The translations under genes and the position numbers were made by a program. Under the pieces are notes generated by a model. It saw only the letters and a list, made by a program, of their open reading frames with translations, searched no databases and was not told the DNA's origin. A DNA stretch of 56,563 nucleotides from a virus (Duplodnaviria; Caudoviricetes), in IMG/VR virus record IMGVR_UViG_3300044639_001130, positions 1 to 56,563 of that record; one strand, written 5' to 3'. The first letter of the stretch is position 1. Every line of letters starts with the position of its first letter. Positions 1-10,956 of the stretch are shown here, one piece after another.

Positions 1-259
1 CGCCGAATTAGACGCTATATGTGTATTGGCTTATGATGATGATGGAAATCGTTTGCCTTATTCAATAAGTGTTAGTATCTTTGGACAGGAATGGGATAGG
101 GATAATTACTTATTTGAGGATAAGCCTGCTACTTTTAGGAGATTTGACCAAAAGGTGGCTGTTCATGTAATAGTGTTTAATAGCGAGATAGATAAGAGAT
201 TGTATGATTGTAACGAAGAAGTAATAATAGAGAAACATTAATTAAAATAAATAAATAAA

Positions 260-943
260 ATGAAAGAAAAACAAATTAGAAAAGTAACCTTATCCTCAGA
301 AGGATTAAAAGGTTTAATTATTGAAGGTACTGTAGAGACGGTAAAAGAGAATCGTATTGCTATTAATGGGTTTAAGGACACTGTTCGTCATCCTATACAT
401 CTTGATTTAGAAGATAAGATTAAGGATTTAAGATTCCATGCTTTGAATATTGCGGGATTAATTACAGATTCTACACCTAAAAGTGAGAAGTCTAGTTTAA
501 TAGCTAGTTGTAATGTATTATCTTTTGAGGTAAACGATGATTACTTCGTATTAAAAGTGGAGAGTCGCGTATTCGATACTAAGTTCATTAAGTTTAGTAC
601 TCCTAAAGTAGATAGTTCGGATGGGTATGAGTTCTTTGATATTGTTAAACAACTATTAGGAGAGATTCTTATTGAAGTTCATGCTTACACAAAAGGATTA
701 AAGAAGATTACTAACGAGGAGATTACGGTTCGTTATATCCAACAAGGCAAAGACTCTAATATAGATATGGAGGCATTTAAAGAGATGTCTAACGAAGATA
801 AGAGAGATTATATGACTTCTGTATTAGAGAAGCTAGGATGTATCGTTATAACTAATGAGGATATGGATATTAGTAGTATTGATATTACGGAAGAAGTATT
901 GATATTGGAGGAGATTGCTGAACCAATTAAATTAAAAGCGTAA
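260..943 (+). CDS. hypothetical phage protein
   Basis: 227-aa ORF with an A-rich start region; TAATG overlap with the next gene; no motif recognised. Confidence 0.6.
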   Translation: MKEKQIRKVTLSSEGLKGLIIEGTVETVKENRIAINGFKDTVRHPIHLDLEDKIKDLRFHALNIAGLITDSTPKSEKSSLIASCNVLSFEVNDDYFVLKVESRVFDTKFIKFSTPKVDSSDGYEFFDIVKQLLGEILIEVHAYTKGLKKITNEEITVRYIQQGKDSNIDMEAFKEMSNEDKRDYMTSVLEKLGCIVITNEDMDISSIDITEEVLILEEIAEPIKLKA

Positions 944-1743
944 TGGCTATCCACACATTATTTCCAAATAAGGTTTACTTAGACCCTATCGCCCATAAAT
1001 ACTTTGATAACGAAGGATTAGAGTATATGGGTTTTAGTAAACTTTATGGGTACTTAGTACCTAAGTTTGATTCTGATGGTATATCCAGAATTATGGCAAG
1101 GAATAGCGGAGTATCTCAAGAAGAAATTCAGGCTGGGTGGAATAAATCTACGGAAAACGGAACTAGAATAGATAAGGCGCTGGAGTTATATGCTCAAACT
1201 GCTACTTTTTTACCTGAAGATGCTGATTTAAAAGAGTTAGTGGTTAGTGTACTTGAGAAGTATAAAGGCTATAACAGGACTTATGAGCAAGGAATACCTT
1301 ATGATTTAGAAAGAAGACTTGCCGGCAGTTGGGATAAGCTAAGTTTAGTATCTAACAGAAAGGATAGTAAGTTTCATTTATCTGATTTTAAATGTTTTGC
1401 TAAAGGATACGATAGTTTATTCAAAATTAGCGGTCAATCATTCTTAAATGCTCCATTTAGTCACCTTCCTAATAACAAATACACTAAAATTTGTTTCCAA
1501 TTAAGTTATTATTCACATTTATTTGAGGAATTAACCGGAAGAAAGTGCGAGAAGTTATTTATTGACTTAATCACTCCTATTTGGAATGAAGATGATACAT
1601 TAAAAAGCTATAAGAATGAAGCTGTACCTGCTATGTACATGAAGAATGATGTTAAGTTACTATTAGAGTATTTTAAAGACAAAATAGTAAGTGATATGAC
1701 TCCTAGAGCTACTTATTCTAACTTAGATATAGAAGAATTTTAA
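943..1743 (+). CDS. PD-(D/E)XK exonuclease-like protein
   Basis: Motifs AGSWDKL...LSDFKC...QLSYY fit the RecB/lambda-exonuclease-like nuclease pattern. Confidence 0.7.
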   Translation: MAIHTLFPNKVYLDPIAHKYFDNEGLEYMGFSKLYGYLVPKFDSDGISRIMARNSGVSQEEIQAGWNKSTENGTRIDKALELYAQTATFLPEDADLKELVVSVLEKYKGYNRTYEQGIPYDLERRLAGSWDKLSLVSNRKDSKFHLSDFKCFAKGYDSLFKISGQSFLNAPFSHLPNNKYTKICFQLSYYSHLFEELTGRKCEKLFIDLITPIWNEDDTLKSYKNEAVPAMYMKNDVKLLLEYFKDKIVSDMTPRATYSNLDIEEF

Positions 1744-2050
1744 TAATTAAAAATAAACAAATATGAAAACAAAAAAAGAAGAAATAGTATGGTATTTAAA
1801 AGATAAAGAAGTCGGTAGGTGCGAATTACCAGAATGTACTTTGGGAGGTTTTAGAGATTGGCTAGCTTTTAATAATGGCGTATCAGAATACGATAATGTT
1901 AATTTTTTATCAAATGGAGAAATTAGAATGAATGGTAAGGAGCATCTGTTTGACGGAAAACCTTATGGTGAATTTGCGGGTAAACAATATTCTGAACGGA
2001 TTAAAAATAAATATTTTATATAAATATTAACTAAAAATTACATAAATTAG

Positions 2051-2085
2051 TAGCGGAAACGAGATGTTGTCCGCTATTTTTTTTT
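2051..2085 (+). terminator. intrinsic terminator
   Basis: TAGCGGA-N12-TCCGCTA stem followed by a T9 run. Confidence 0.65.
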
Positions 2086-2098
2086 ATAGAAACATATT

Positions 2099-2641
2099 AT
2101 GAGTTATTTATTTCACTTAGACCAAAAGAACAATTCTGTTCTTCATCCTGAAGCAGTTAAACTGTGTCCAGAACTAGGATTATTAAACGAGAAGGAGATT
2201 CTTTTTATTATACTAGCATTTGATTACAATTCAATTTACAAACAATACCCTGAAAGACAAAGATTATCTAAAGCTATATGGCACGTATTCGGAGATAACA
2301 ATCCTAAGTTTTTGGATGAAGATAAAAGGGAAAAGAGAATACAGGCTGCTATAAATGCTTACAAATCTTTACAGTATAATAGAAACGAGGAATTGATTTC
2401 TATTTACCAACAAAAAATAGAACAATCTCAACAAGAAATATTAATGGAGGATAGTTCTACTAGATTAAAGAATCTAAGAGATATTATATCCGGTTTCCGT
2501 AAAGATATTAGAGAGTTAGAATCCGAAATTATAGAAAAGAATATACTAGAAGCAGAACTTAAAGGAGACAGAGAGTTAAGCCTTATGGAATCTTGGCAAA
2601 CTAACATGAAGCACTATAACTCAATTAGATTTAAGAAATAA
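2099..2641 (+). CDS. coiled-coil protein upstream of TerL (possible terminase small subunit)
   Basis: Overlaps the TerL start; helical composition; function inferred from position only. Confidence 0.35.
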   Translation: MSYLFHLDQKNNSVLHPEAVKLCPELGLLNEKEILFIILAFDYNSIYKQYPERQRLSKAIWHVFGDNNPKFLDEDKREKRIQAAINAYKSLQYNRNEELISIYQQKIEQSQQEILMEDSSTRLKNLRDIISGFRKDIRELESEIIEKNILEAELKGDRELSLMESWQTNMKHYNSIRFKK

Positions 2642-4635
2642 TGGACATAAAAGATATACCTATTCTAAAATCCCCAATGTATAAGGGAAAAAATTTTTGT
2701 GCAAATCCTGTAGTTAAATACGGAATACCAGGCTATGCAGATAGTTTACTAAATCCTAAAGTCGTAGGAACTCCTGATTACTTAAAGTATTGGGAAGAAC
2801 AATTATATTATATTCACAATGGTATTCAAACAGGAGGTATTCATATTCCCGGCAGATACTATTACTTTTTGAACTTTAGTACGTTCTCTACTGTTGGCGG
2901 TGTTGTAACTCCCGATATGTGCGACTTGCACCTAGAGTTAGCTTACTTAATAGATTATGCTAAGGCTAATGGTAAGAATATCATGGCAGCTAAAGGTAGA
3001 CGTAAAGGTATATCCGAGTTTACCCAAAAAGCAGTTGTAGATTATGGATATAGATTTAACTATGCCTATCAAGCAGGTGTAGCGGCAGGATTAAAGGATT
3101 ACGCTGAGGATTTTATGAAGAAGTGGAGTTTAGCAGATTCATTAATAGTTCCTGAGTTTAGGATGGGTACATTATTGAATAATGATGACGAGGTTATTGC
3201 AGGATATAAGATAAAAGACAAAGGTCAATACATAGACAAAGGAACTAATAGCAAAATACTAGTTCGCACCATGCACACTAACCCTAATATGTTTAAGGGA
3301 TTGTATTTAAACGATGTAATCGCAGAGGAGTGCGGAGAGTTTGAGAAATTAAAAGAGTTTTATTCAGCTACAAGAGCTTGTTTAACTAAAGGTAATAAGC
3401 AAATAGGAACTATGTTCTTTTATGGTACAGGAGGAAACATTAACAAAGGTTCAAAAGACTTTATGGAAATGTGGAATGAACCTGATTCTTTTAATTTTAT
3501 TAAATTCCTAATACCTGCAACTAGATTCTATTTTCCTCACTATGGCGGAGCAACTGACAATACTCAGGATGTTGGAGAAGTTCCATCTTTATTAACAGGA
3601 GATAAAAAACCATATCAATTAATAGGAGTAGAAGATGAATTTACTGCTAAAGAATCAATACTAAGAGATAGAGCTATTAAGAAGAAAGGTCCATTAAAAG
3701 ATTACTTAGAGGAGTTACAAAACTTTCCATTAGATGAGACTGAGATATTTAAAAAGATGTTTAGTAACAACTTTGATATTGAAAAGATAAATAATCAACA
3801 AGATGCTATAAGTGCTACTCAAAATAAATATTCTAAGTACAGATTAGAGTGGATATTAAATGATAAAGGAGAGCGCGGAGACAATCCTAGAGTAAGAGCT
3901 GTCCCGGCAAAAGATACAGATGACGAAAGAGATTGTGTGTTAATAATGGATGCTTACCACCCTAATCCTAAATTTCAATCTTTATATGTTGGCGGAATAG
4001 ATGCTTATGACCAAGATAAAGGTGTATCTAAATCTTTAGGAGCTATGTGTGTATTGATGAGAAGAAATACAATACATCCTGATTTTCAATTAGGTCCTGT
4101 TGCAATAATTTGTACTAGACCTAAAAGAAAAGAAATGTTTTTTGATATGTGTTGTAAATTATCTGTTTATTATAATTTAGTTGGAGCGACATTAGGAGAT
4201 AAGGCTAGTAGCTCAGGTATCATTACTTGGTATAGAGATAATGGTTGTCAAAAGTATTTAGCGGTACGTCCCACTAAATTTGAGAGCACTAACTCGGAAC
4301 AATCACATGAGTATTGGGTATCTTTAAACACTTACAGTAGACCTTTAATGGTAGGATTAATGCAATCTGCAATTTATGATTATGTCCAAAATATTTGGTT
4401 CCCAGAACTTATTAATCAATTAGGTAATTTCGATGAGGTTACAGTAGGAAGTGATAATGACTTAGCGGATGCTTATGGTATAGCTTTAATGCAAGATATA
4501 AGCACAGTCATTTCTCCAAGGGATTTGAATTATAGTTTAAAAGATGACCCTTTTGTATTAAATTCATTTGAAGATGATGATGAAAAAGAAAAAAGAATCA
4601 GTCTTGAACAAGATTGGAAAGGTTTTGGTAGATAA
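2641..4635 (+). CDS. terL: terminase large subunit
   Basis: Walker A-like KGRRKGIS, Walker B-like VIAEECGE, coupling motif YGTGG, nuclease motifs GGIDAYD and DNDLADA. Confidence 0.9.
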   Translation: MDIKDIPILKSPMYKGKNFCANPVVKYGIPGYADSLLNPKVVGTPDYLKYWEEQLYYIHNGIQTGGIHIPGRYYYFLNFSTFSTVGGVVTPDMCDLHLELAYLIDYAKANGKNIMAAKGRRKGISEFTQKAVVDYGYRFNYAYQAGVAAGLKDYAEDFMKKWSLADSLIVPEFRMGTLLNNDDEVIAGYKIKDKGQYIDKGTNSKILVRTMHTNPNMFKGLYLNDVIAEECGEFEKLKEFYSATRACLTKGNKQIGTMFFYGTGGNINKGSKDFMEMWNEPDSFNFIKFLIPATRFYFPHYGGATDNTQDVGEVPSLLTGDKKPYQLIGVEDEFTAKESILRDRAIKKKGPLKDYLEELQNFPLDETEIFKKMFSNNFDIEKINNQQDAISATQNKYSKYRLEWILNDKGERGDNPRVRAVPAKDTDDERDCVLIMDAYHPNPKFQSLYVGGIDAYDQDKGVSKSLGAMCVLMRRNTIHPDFQLGPVAIICTRPKRKEMFFDMCCKLSVYYNLVGATLGDKASSSGIITWYRDNGCQKYLAVRPTKFESTNSEQSHEYWVSLNTYSRPLMVGLMQSAIYDYVQNIWFPELINQLGNFDEVTVGSDNDLADAYGIALMQDISTVISPRDLNYSLKDDPFVLNSFEDDDEKEKRISLEQDWKGFGR

Positions 4636-4650
4636 TACACAATTATTTAC

Positions 4651-4658
4651 TATTTTTG
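4651..4658 (+). promoter_or_regulatory. Bacteroidota sigma70 -7 element (TAnnTTTG) before portal
   Basis: TATTTTTG in a short intergenic gap; the same element occurs at 6915, 9715, 11792, 19576, 26649, 39632 (+) and 46638, 56112 (-). Confidence 0.6.
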
Positions 4659-4676
4659 ATAAAAATATAATCAACT

Positions 4677-6908
4677 ATGCAATTTCCATCGCAAACCGTT
4701 CCCCAATATAAAAAAGATAAAGCTTGGTGTCAATTACACTTAGATTACGGTCAAAGAATACTGAGAAACAGTAACTTAGCCAAGCAAGAAATGGATAACC
4801 ATTACAAGCAATTTAATGGGGTTAAGCGAGCGGGAAGTTATAAGTATTTAATTAACACACATGGTAAAGAAAATCGTGCTCAATTTATATCTTATAGAGC
4901 TTGTACTACAAAAATTCAACTAATGGTTGGAGAGTTTTTAGTAAGACCATTAAGTGCAACTGTTTATACAAACAATAGAGATGCTAAATTCCAAAAGATG
5001 TCTCAGTTTGAATTTATGACAGGGGCAATGGTTGCTAAAAAAGAGATACAAGAATTAAAGGATAAAGCAGGTGTAGACATAATGGAAGGCGCTCCGATTC
5101 CTGAAGATGAGAATGACCCAATTTGGGAGAACTTATCCACAAAGGATAAGGAAGAATTAATTATGCAATCTATTCTTAATGAGCAAATACCTGCATTAGA
5201 TTTAAAACAAAAGTTTGCGGATAACTTATTAGACTGCGCTATTACTTCTGTTATGTTTGGTAAAATAGAACGTAACGAAAAAGGAGATACAGATTATATA
5301 AACATTGACCCTAGAGATGCTATCTACGAAGAAATTAAAGGAGACCCGCATTTAGAGAAAAGTCCTATTAAAGGATGTCGTCAATGGTTGCCTTTGCATG
5401 AAATATTAAGACGTTACCAATTAGATAGAAAACAAATTGAAACAGTTGAATCTATTGGTAAAAACCCAACAACTTATTACTCAGATAGCATTAAAGATGG
5501 TCCAAGTGGAACAGGATTAATCGCAGAGGTTATTCATGTTGAATGGATTTCTGTTATACCTGAGTATTACCAAAAGATTAAAAAGACTATAACTCAATTA
5601 GCCTTAGACCCAACTGACGAGTATATCTATATTGCTTTAGATACAGACAGATATGAGATGAATAAAGAGCATTGGGATAATAAGCCAGGGATAGAGATAA
5701 TTGCTAAATACAGAGAAGATTTATGGGAAGCGACTCGTATCGGCGGATTAAAAGAACTAGATGTTAATTGCAGACGAGTTCAATTCCAAATGAGAAAGGT
5801 AGATAATCCTGCTTATATCTTAAGTAGCTCTTACGTTGGATATTTATTCAACACTGTAGATGGTAGACGTATTTCTTTATTCCAACAAATGGAGAATTGG
5901 AGTAATATATTTGACATTACTATGTATCAGATATTAAAAGATATTAATAAGTTCAAAGGAAAGATATTAGGATTTAACTTAGCCGGCTTACCTGCAAAAT
6001 CATCTGTTAAAGCATTGCAGTACGATATGGTTAATGATGGATTTGTAACTTATGACACATCAGCAAGTGGTAACTTTCATGGTAGAGACGTATCTTTAAA
6101 TAACATATTACAAGTAGAAGATTTAGGGTTAAGTAGCTCATTTGGTCCATTGATTCAGTTCAAAGACCATATCTTGCAAATGATGGACAGAATGACTGGA
6201 ATCTCTGAAAATAGAGAAGGTCAAATTGCGGCATCTGCAACAGCTACAAACACCAATTCTGCTATACAAGCATCAAGAACTATTACAGAGCCATTCTTCT
6301 ACGGAGTTTACTCTTTTATAGACAAGACTTTAATGAGAATTATAGAGTCAACTAAAATCACTTGGGCATTCTATAAGATAGAGGAAGGAGAGCAAATATT
6401 AGGTATTGATAAATCTAAATTCATGCGTGTAACTCAAGAATTAGGATATAAAGATTACGGTGTACATTTACAAGATTCTGGTAAGTATTCAGAAGTTAAG
6501 CGTTACATGGAAAACTTAATGGCTAACTCTTTAAATGCAAAAGAAATACGTCCGGAAGATGCTTTAGCATTTGCTTGGTCTGAAACTGCTATTGAACAAA
6601 AACAAATATTAAAAGAAGGCTGGAATAAGGTTAAAGAAATGCAATCTCAATCTCAACAAATGCAACAACAGTCTCAAATGCAAATGCAAGAGCAACAAAT
6701 TCAAATGCAGCAACAACAACTTCAACAGCAATTAGAAATATCTAATGCGGATAGAGAAGATAGGCAAGCTGCTAGAATAGAGGAGATTATTGCACAAGGA
6801 GAAGTTGATATTAAAGTGAATGCAGCAAAGGCAGGAAATGATGTTACTAAAATGAATTTCCAAGCTCAAACAGAAAATCTTAATAATCAAAATCAAATGT
6901 TAGAATAA
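4677..6908 (+). CDS. portal protein
   Basis: 743 aa directly after TerL; MTGISENREG...TATNT segment and Q-rich C-terminal tail typical of podovirus/crAss-like portals. Confidence 0.85.
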   Translation: MQFPSQTVPQYKKDKAWCQLHLDYGQRILRNSNLAKQEMDNHYKQFNGVKRAGSYKYLINTHGKENRAQFISYRACTTKIQLMVGEFLVRPLSATVYTNNRDAKFQKMSQFEFMTGAMVAKKEIQELKDKAGVDIMEGAPIPEDENDPIWENLSTKDKEELIMQSILNEQIPALDLKQKFADNLLDCAITSVMFGKIERNEKGDTDYINIDPRDAIYEEIKGDPHLEKSPIKGCRQWLPLHEILRRYQLDRKQIETVESIGKNPTTYYSDSIKDGPSGTGLIAEVIHVEWISVIPEYYQKIKKTITQLALDPTDEYIYIALDTDRYEMNKEHWDNKPGIEIIAKYREDLWEATRIGGLKELDVNCRRVQFQMRKVDNPAYILSSSYVGYLFNTVDGRRISLFQQMENWSNIFDITMYQILKDINKFKGKILGFNLAGLPAKSSVKALQYDMVNDGFVTYDTSASGNFHGRDVSLNNILQVEDLGLSSSFGPLIQFKDHILQMMDRMTGISENREGQIAASATATNTNSAIQASRTITEPFFYGVYSFIDKTLMRIIESTKITWAFYKIEEGEQILGIDKSKFMRVTQELGYKDYGVHLQDSGKYSEVKRYMENLMANSLNAKEIRPEDALAFAWSETAIEQKQILKEGWNKVKEMQSQSQQMQQQSQMQMQEQQIQMQQQQLQQQLEISNADREDRQAARIEEIIAQGEVDIKVNAAKAGNDVTKMNFQAQTENLNNQNQMLE

Positions 6909-6942
6909 TAATTCTATATTTGTGTAATTAAAATTATAAACC

Positions 6943-8097
6943 ATGACAGAAGAAACAACAGCGGTGCAAAATAATATGATTCGAGAGGAATCATCTGCTC
7001 CGGCTCGCGCAAACTTCGAGTTACTATCGGATGATACGTTTTTAAATTCAAACTACAACGAAGCAACAGAAGAAGCCAAGCCTACGGAAACAGTTAAAGA
7101 AGATGCTTCAAAAGATGAAGTTAAAGATTTAGGACTAGAGCCTGAAGTTAAAGTAGAAGAAGCTGCAAAGCCTACCGAAGCTAAAGAAGAATCTACGACT
7201 GAAACTGAAACTTTAGATTTAGAACCTTTATCTTTAGAGGATACTAACTCAAATGAGCCTGAAGATGGTAGTTGGGCTTATATAGCTAAACTAGATGGTT
7301 TAGAGTTAAAAGAAGATACTTTAGAAGCTTACAAAGAAGCTATAACAGCTCCTTATGAAGAAAAGCTAAGAGAGGTTGAATCTTTAACTACAGAGAAGTT
7401 AATATCTAAGTTTGAGGACCCTAATGTAAAGATGGTTTTTCAATTAGCAGAAGCAGGATTAACATTTGATGAGATTGTAGCTCCTTTCACTAAGATAAAT
7501 GAATTTAAGGCTATGCCGGCATTAGACTTAGTAAGAAAGAACTTAGAATTAACTCATACTGATTGGACTCCTGACATGATAGATACAGAGATGGAAATCT
7601 TAACTGCTGTAGACGGAAGATTAGAACACGAACACAAGAAGATAATTGTTGAGTTGGATAACATCCAAAGAGAAGAACAACATCGTAGAGAAGATATAGT
7701 AAATAATTATAAAGTAAATTCTGAAAAATATGCCATACAAGAGCGCACTCAGAAGTTAGAATCCACATCAAAAGCTTTGAATAATATGTCAGAGTTTATG
7801 GGTTCTCCTTTAACAAGTGAGGTTAAGAATGGATTAACGGAGAGAATGAACAATGGAAAGTACGACCAAATGTTTGATGACCCGACAAAAAGAGCAGAAT
7901 TTATTGCATATATAGAGTTAGGTCAAAAAGCTCAGAAAAATTTAGAAGCTAAAAGCTATGCTAAAGGGAGACTTGAAATAACTAAAAAACTGCATAACAC
8001 ACCGCCACTAACAAGTGGAGGAGCAGGTAAATCAGTAACAACAAACGCGGAAGGTAATTTTGAAAGATTGAAAGGAGACACGTATCTTAATGGTTAA
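6943..8097 (+). CDS. acidic scaffold-like head assembly protein
   Basis: E/T-rich low-complexity N-terminus and helical body, located between portal and capsid. Confidence 0.55.
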   Translation: MTEETTAVQNNMIREESSAPARANFELLSDDTFLNSNYNEATEEAKPTETVKEDASKDEVKDLGLEPEVKVEEAAKPTEAKEESTTETETLDLEPLSLEDTNSNEPEDGSWAYIAKLDGLELKEDTLEAYKEAITAPYEEKLREVESLTTEKLISKFEDPNVKMVFQLAEAGLTFDEIVAPFTKINEFKAMPALDLVRKNLELTHTDWTPDMIDTEMEILTAVDGRLEHEHKKIIVELDNIQREEQHRREDIVNNYKVNSEKYAIQERTQKLESTSKALNNMSEFMGSPLTSEVKNGLTERMNNGKYDQMFDDPTKRAEFIAYIELGQKAQKNLEAKSYAKGRLEITKKLHNTPPLTSGGAGKSVTTNAEGNFERLKGDTYLNG

Positions 8098-8135
8098 AAA
8101 ATAATAATAATAATTAACCAAAAAAAAAATAAATT

Positions 8136-9623
8136 ATGTCATTAAATCCAGGACAAACTCAAATCGTAAAAGGTTCATGGTCAGCAGACTGTACAACCGA
8201 GTTCGACTTAGTAAGAAACATGCAAAAAATGCCCGAAATACGTAAAGTATTAGAGCGAGTTGACAGACGTCAATTAACAACATTATTAACTTCAGGAGCT
8301 GTAGGACCTTATGGTATCGACGTTAAAGCTGAAACTAAATTTGGAAAAGTAAAAGACAGCCAATTAATTGGTGATTCTTCTTACCGTTTCAACATTATGG
8401 GTCGTATCCAAAAAGCTGCTACTATCCTATCTCAAGTAGGTTCTAGCGGAACTGATGGTTCTTTCCAATTAGTTATCGCTGACGAAGGTGGTCGTGGATG
8501 TTATATCTACAAAGGACAAATCGTATTGTTTGCTAACGCAGGTCGTTACCAAGCTGTAGTTATGTCTACTCCTACTCGTGTAGCTGCTGGATGGTTAGTA
8601 TCTTTCCAAAATCAACAAAAATCAGTATTCTCTTTTGCTACTGTAGTTGCTTCTCAAACAGGTGGTACTTATACTTGTTTCCCTTCTACTACTGCTTACT
8701 CTGAAAAATCTTTAAAAGGATATGGTCGTGACCAATTCCCTGACACTTTCATTGTAGACATGACTACTCAGCGTAAGACTGTATCTATCTCTGGTGGAGC
8801 TGCTACAGACATCTTATGGTATGAATACATGAGTTCTAACGGACCTGTAAAAGGATGGAAATTTGAAAAAGTTCGTCAAGCTGAAGCTCAATGGGCTGTA
8901 GAGAACGAATTTGCTAAAATCTTTGGTGTATCTTCTATGAAGAATGCTGATGGTTCTCGCGCAACAGTTTCTAACTTAATTGATGAAGAAACGGGATTAC
9001 CTATTACTATCGGTGATGGTATCGAAGAGCAAATTGGTGGTGGTAACGAAATTTTCGGTTCTGGTACTAATGGTGAAGCTACTGAAGACGACTTTATTGA
9101 TGCAATGAATATCTTAACTAAATCTAGTAATGATACTGTAGGTGTAAACTTAGTATTTATGACTGGATTAGATGGTTATTATAACGCTCAACGCAAGATG
9201 GCTCGTTTTATTGCTACTCAAAATGCTACTTTGCGTCAAGATGTTAAAGGTGGAGCTTCTATCGAAGTAGGTTACGAAATTATGAAAATGCACTTCGCAG
9301 GAAGTTCAGTTTGTTTCGTACAACATCCTTTATTTGATGATGATTTACGTTTCCCTGCTAAAGGTTCTGATGGAAAATCTATCATGTCATCTACTTATAT
9401 CGGTGGTGATTTAGGAGCTATTAATGATTCAAATATCGAAATCATCGCTAAAGGTGCTTACGGTGTTAATCGTTCTAACGTAGTTGCTACTATCAACGGT
9501 TTAACAGGTATGGCTGGAGAAGCTATCTCTGAAGAAGATGCTTGGAAAATGTCTATGTTACGTGAAGATATGATTGTTATCTACAATACTCGTAGATGGT
9601 GTATCATCCGTAAATCATTCTAA
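8136..9623 (+). CDS. major capsid protein
   Basis: 495 aa, strongly biased codon usage (GCT, CGT, ATC, GGT), position after portal/scaffold, GDGIEEQI motif, followed by a terminator. Confidence 0.85.
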   Translation: MSLNPGQTQIVKGSWSADCTTEFDLVRNMQKMPEIRKVLERVDRRQLTTLLTSGAVGPYGIDVKAETKFGKVKDSQLIGDSSYRFNIMGRIQKAATILSQVGSSGTDGSFQLVIADEGGRGCYIYKGQIVLFANAGRYQAVVMSTPTRVAAGWLVSFQNQQKSVFSFATVVASQTGGTYTCFPSTTAYSEKSLKGYGRDQFPDTFIVDMTTQRKTVSISGGAATDILWYEYMSSNGPVKGWKFEKVRQAEAQWAVENEFAKIFGVSSMKNADGSRATVSNLIDEETGLPITIGDGIEEQIGGGNEIFGSGTNGEATEDDFIDAMNILTKSSNDTVGVNLVFMTGLDGYYNAQRKMARFIATQNATLRQDVKGGASIEVGYEIMKMHFAGSSVCFVQHPLFDDDLRFPAKGSDGKSIMSSTYIGGDLGAINDSNIEIIAKGAYGVNRSNVVATINGLTGMAGEAISEEDAWKMSMLREDMIVIYNTRRWCIIRKSF

Positions 9624-9647
9624 TCTAAGAATAGATATACAATTAAG

Positions 9648-9675
9648 AACCCTTGTAGAAATACAGGGGTTTTTT
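9648..9675 (+). terminator. intrinsic terminator after capsid gene
   Basis: AACCCTTGTA-GAAA-TACAGGGGTT plus T run. Confidence 0.85.
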
Positions 9676-9748
9676 ATTACAAGTTTGTCATATTTTTATA
9701 TCAAAATATTTTATTACATTTGCCTAAACAATTTAAAAAATAAACAAA

Positions 9749-10876
9749 ATGAATGTATTTAATCTTGACTTGAGACAGTCTACGGCGAGAGGCTTAAAAA
9801 AAGATGTAGATTACAAAGAGATTTTGGACGGAAACGGTTTCGCTCATAAATTTGTAAATCTTGAAAACCCTAAGTATTGCCAAATGGAAGGCGTTATTGA
9901 AGTAGAAGCTTTAAAGGTAACTAACAAGCATCTGAATCAAAAAATTATCCGTAAAACTAAAGACAGAAACACAGGTCTTTATTGGGGATTACCAATTAGT
10001 ATTAATCCGGACACAAAGGAATTGATGTGTAAATCTTTTACATTAGAAGATAGAAACATATTCGATTTATCTGTTCCTGACCAAGCTATTGCATGGGCTA
10101 TTTTAAAGAATAGTACTTGTATGGAAGGAAGCCCTAATCTTTATGGAAAACCTTACTACAAGGTAATAGACAAGGAAAAGAAAGCTGCTGAGAATATTAG
10201 CAAGAGAACTATCCGCCAAAGAGCAGAAGTTATCATTTCTAAATTACAAGGTTCTTCTTTACAAGAGATGGCTATTAACTTAGGAGTAAATGTAGATGCT
10301 AATAGAAACATATCTATGCTTACGGATGAAGTTTACCGCAAGATGGAAGAGAATCCAAAAGCATTTATTGAAATGTATGAGAATCCACAAAGACAATACA
10401 TCTCTATCTTTAATAAAGGATTAGCTTTAGGTGTATTAGATTACAATCTTACAGAAGGAACTTATAAGTATAATGGATTACAAATGGGTCATACAAAAGA
10501 AATGGCTATTAAGTACTTGGTAGATAACAACAACTTAGCTACCTCTATTGATACTAGATGCACCTCTTTAGAGAATGAGTCAAGAGAAGCTATGAAACTT
10601 CGCCATGAAGAGCAAAACGAATCAGATGTTTATGATGAAGTTACTGAATTAAGAAAAAGATTAATGGAGGCGGAAGCTTTGTTAAAAGAGAATAAAATAG
10701 AAAAAGAAGTAGAATTTGTTTCTCCTTTTAATTTACCTGAAAAAGCTAAAGATAATGAATCTGAAATGGCAGAATTAAGAGAGAGAGCAAAAGCTCTAAA
10801 GATACCTGGTGCGCACTTGCCGTCAGTTAAAAAAGAGACCCTGCTAGCTAAGATAGCCGAAGCTGAGGGTAAATAG
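9749..10876 (+). CDS. conserved phage protein with C-terminal HeH/Rho-N-like motif
   Basis: C-terminal ELRERAKALKIPG...KKETLLAKIAE; has its own TAnnTTTG element at 9715. Confidence 0.45.
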   Translation: MNVFNLDLRQSTARGLKKDVDYKEILDGNGFAHKFVNLENPKYCQMEGVIEVEALKVTNKHLNQKIIRKTKDRNTGLYWGLPISINPDTKELMCKSFTLEDRNIFDLSVPDQAIAWAILKNSTCMEGSPNLYGKPYYKVIDKEKKAAENISKRTIRQRAEVIISKLQGSSLQEMAINLGVNVDANRNISMLTDEVYRKMEENPKAFIEMYENPQRQYISIFNKGLALGVLDYNLTEGTYKYNGLQMGHTKEMAIKYLVDNNNLATSIDTRCTSLENESREAMKLRHEEQNESDVYDEVTELRKRLMEAEALLKENKIEKEVEFVSPFNLPEKAKDNESEMAELRERAKALKIPGAHLPSVKKETLLAKIAEAEGK

Positions 10877-10894
10877 TTTATACTATATAAAAAA

Positions 10895-10926
10895 AAGAGC
10901 CTTATGAGAAATTGTAAGGCTTTTTT
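10895..10926 (+). terminator. intrinsic terminator
   Basis: AGCCTTATGA-GAAA-TTGTAAGGCT plus T run. Confidence 0.75.
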
Positions 10927-10956
10927 AATTTATCTTTATATCAAAATTATTTAAAA

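Noticed and set aside
6636-6735. CAA/CAG-rich repeats
   Set aside because: They encode the Gln-rich portal tail and are not an independent element
2641-9623. Introns or inteins in TerL, portal or capsid
   Set aside because: The ORFs are continuous, of ordinary size, and show no intein splice motifs
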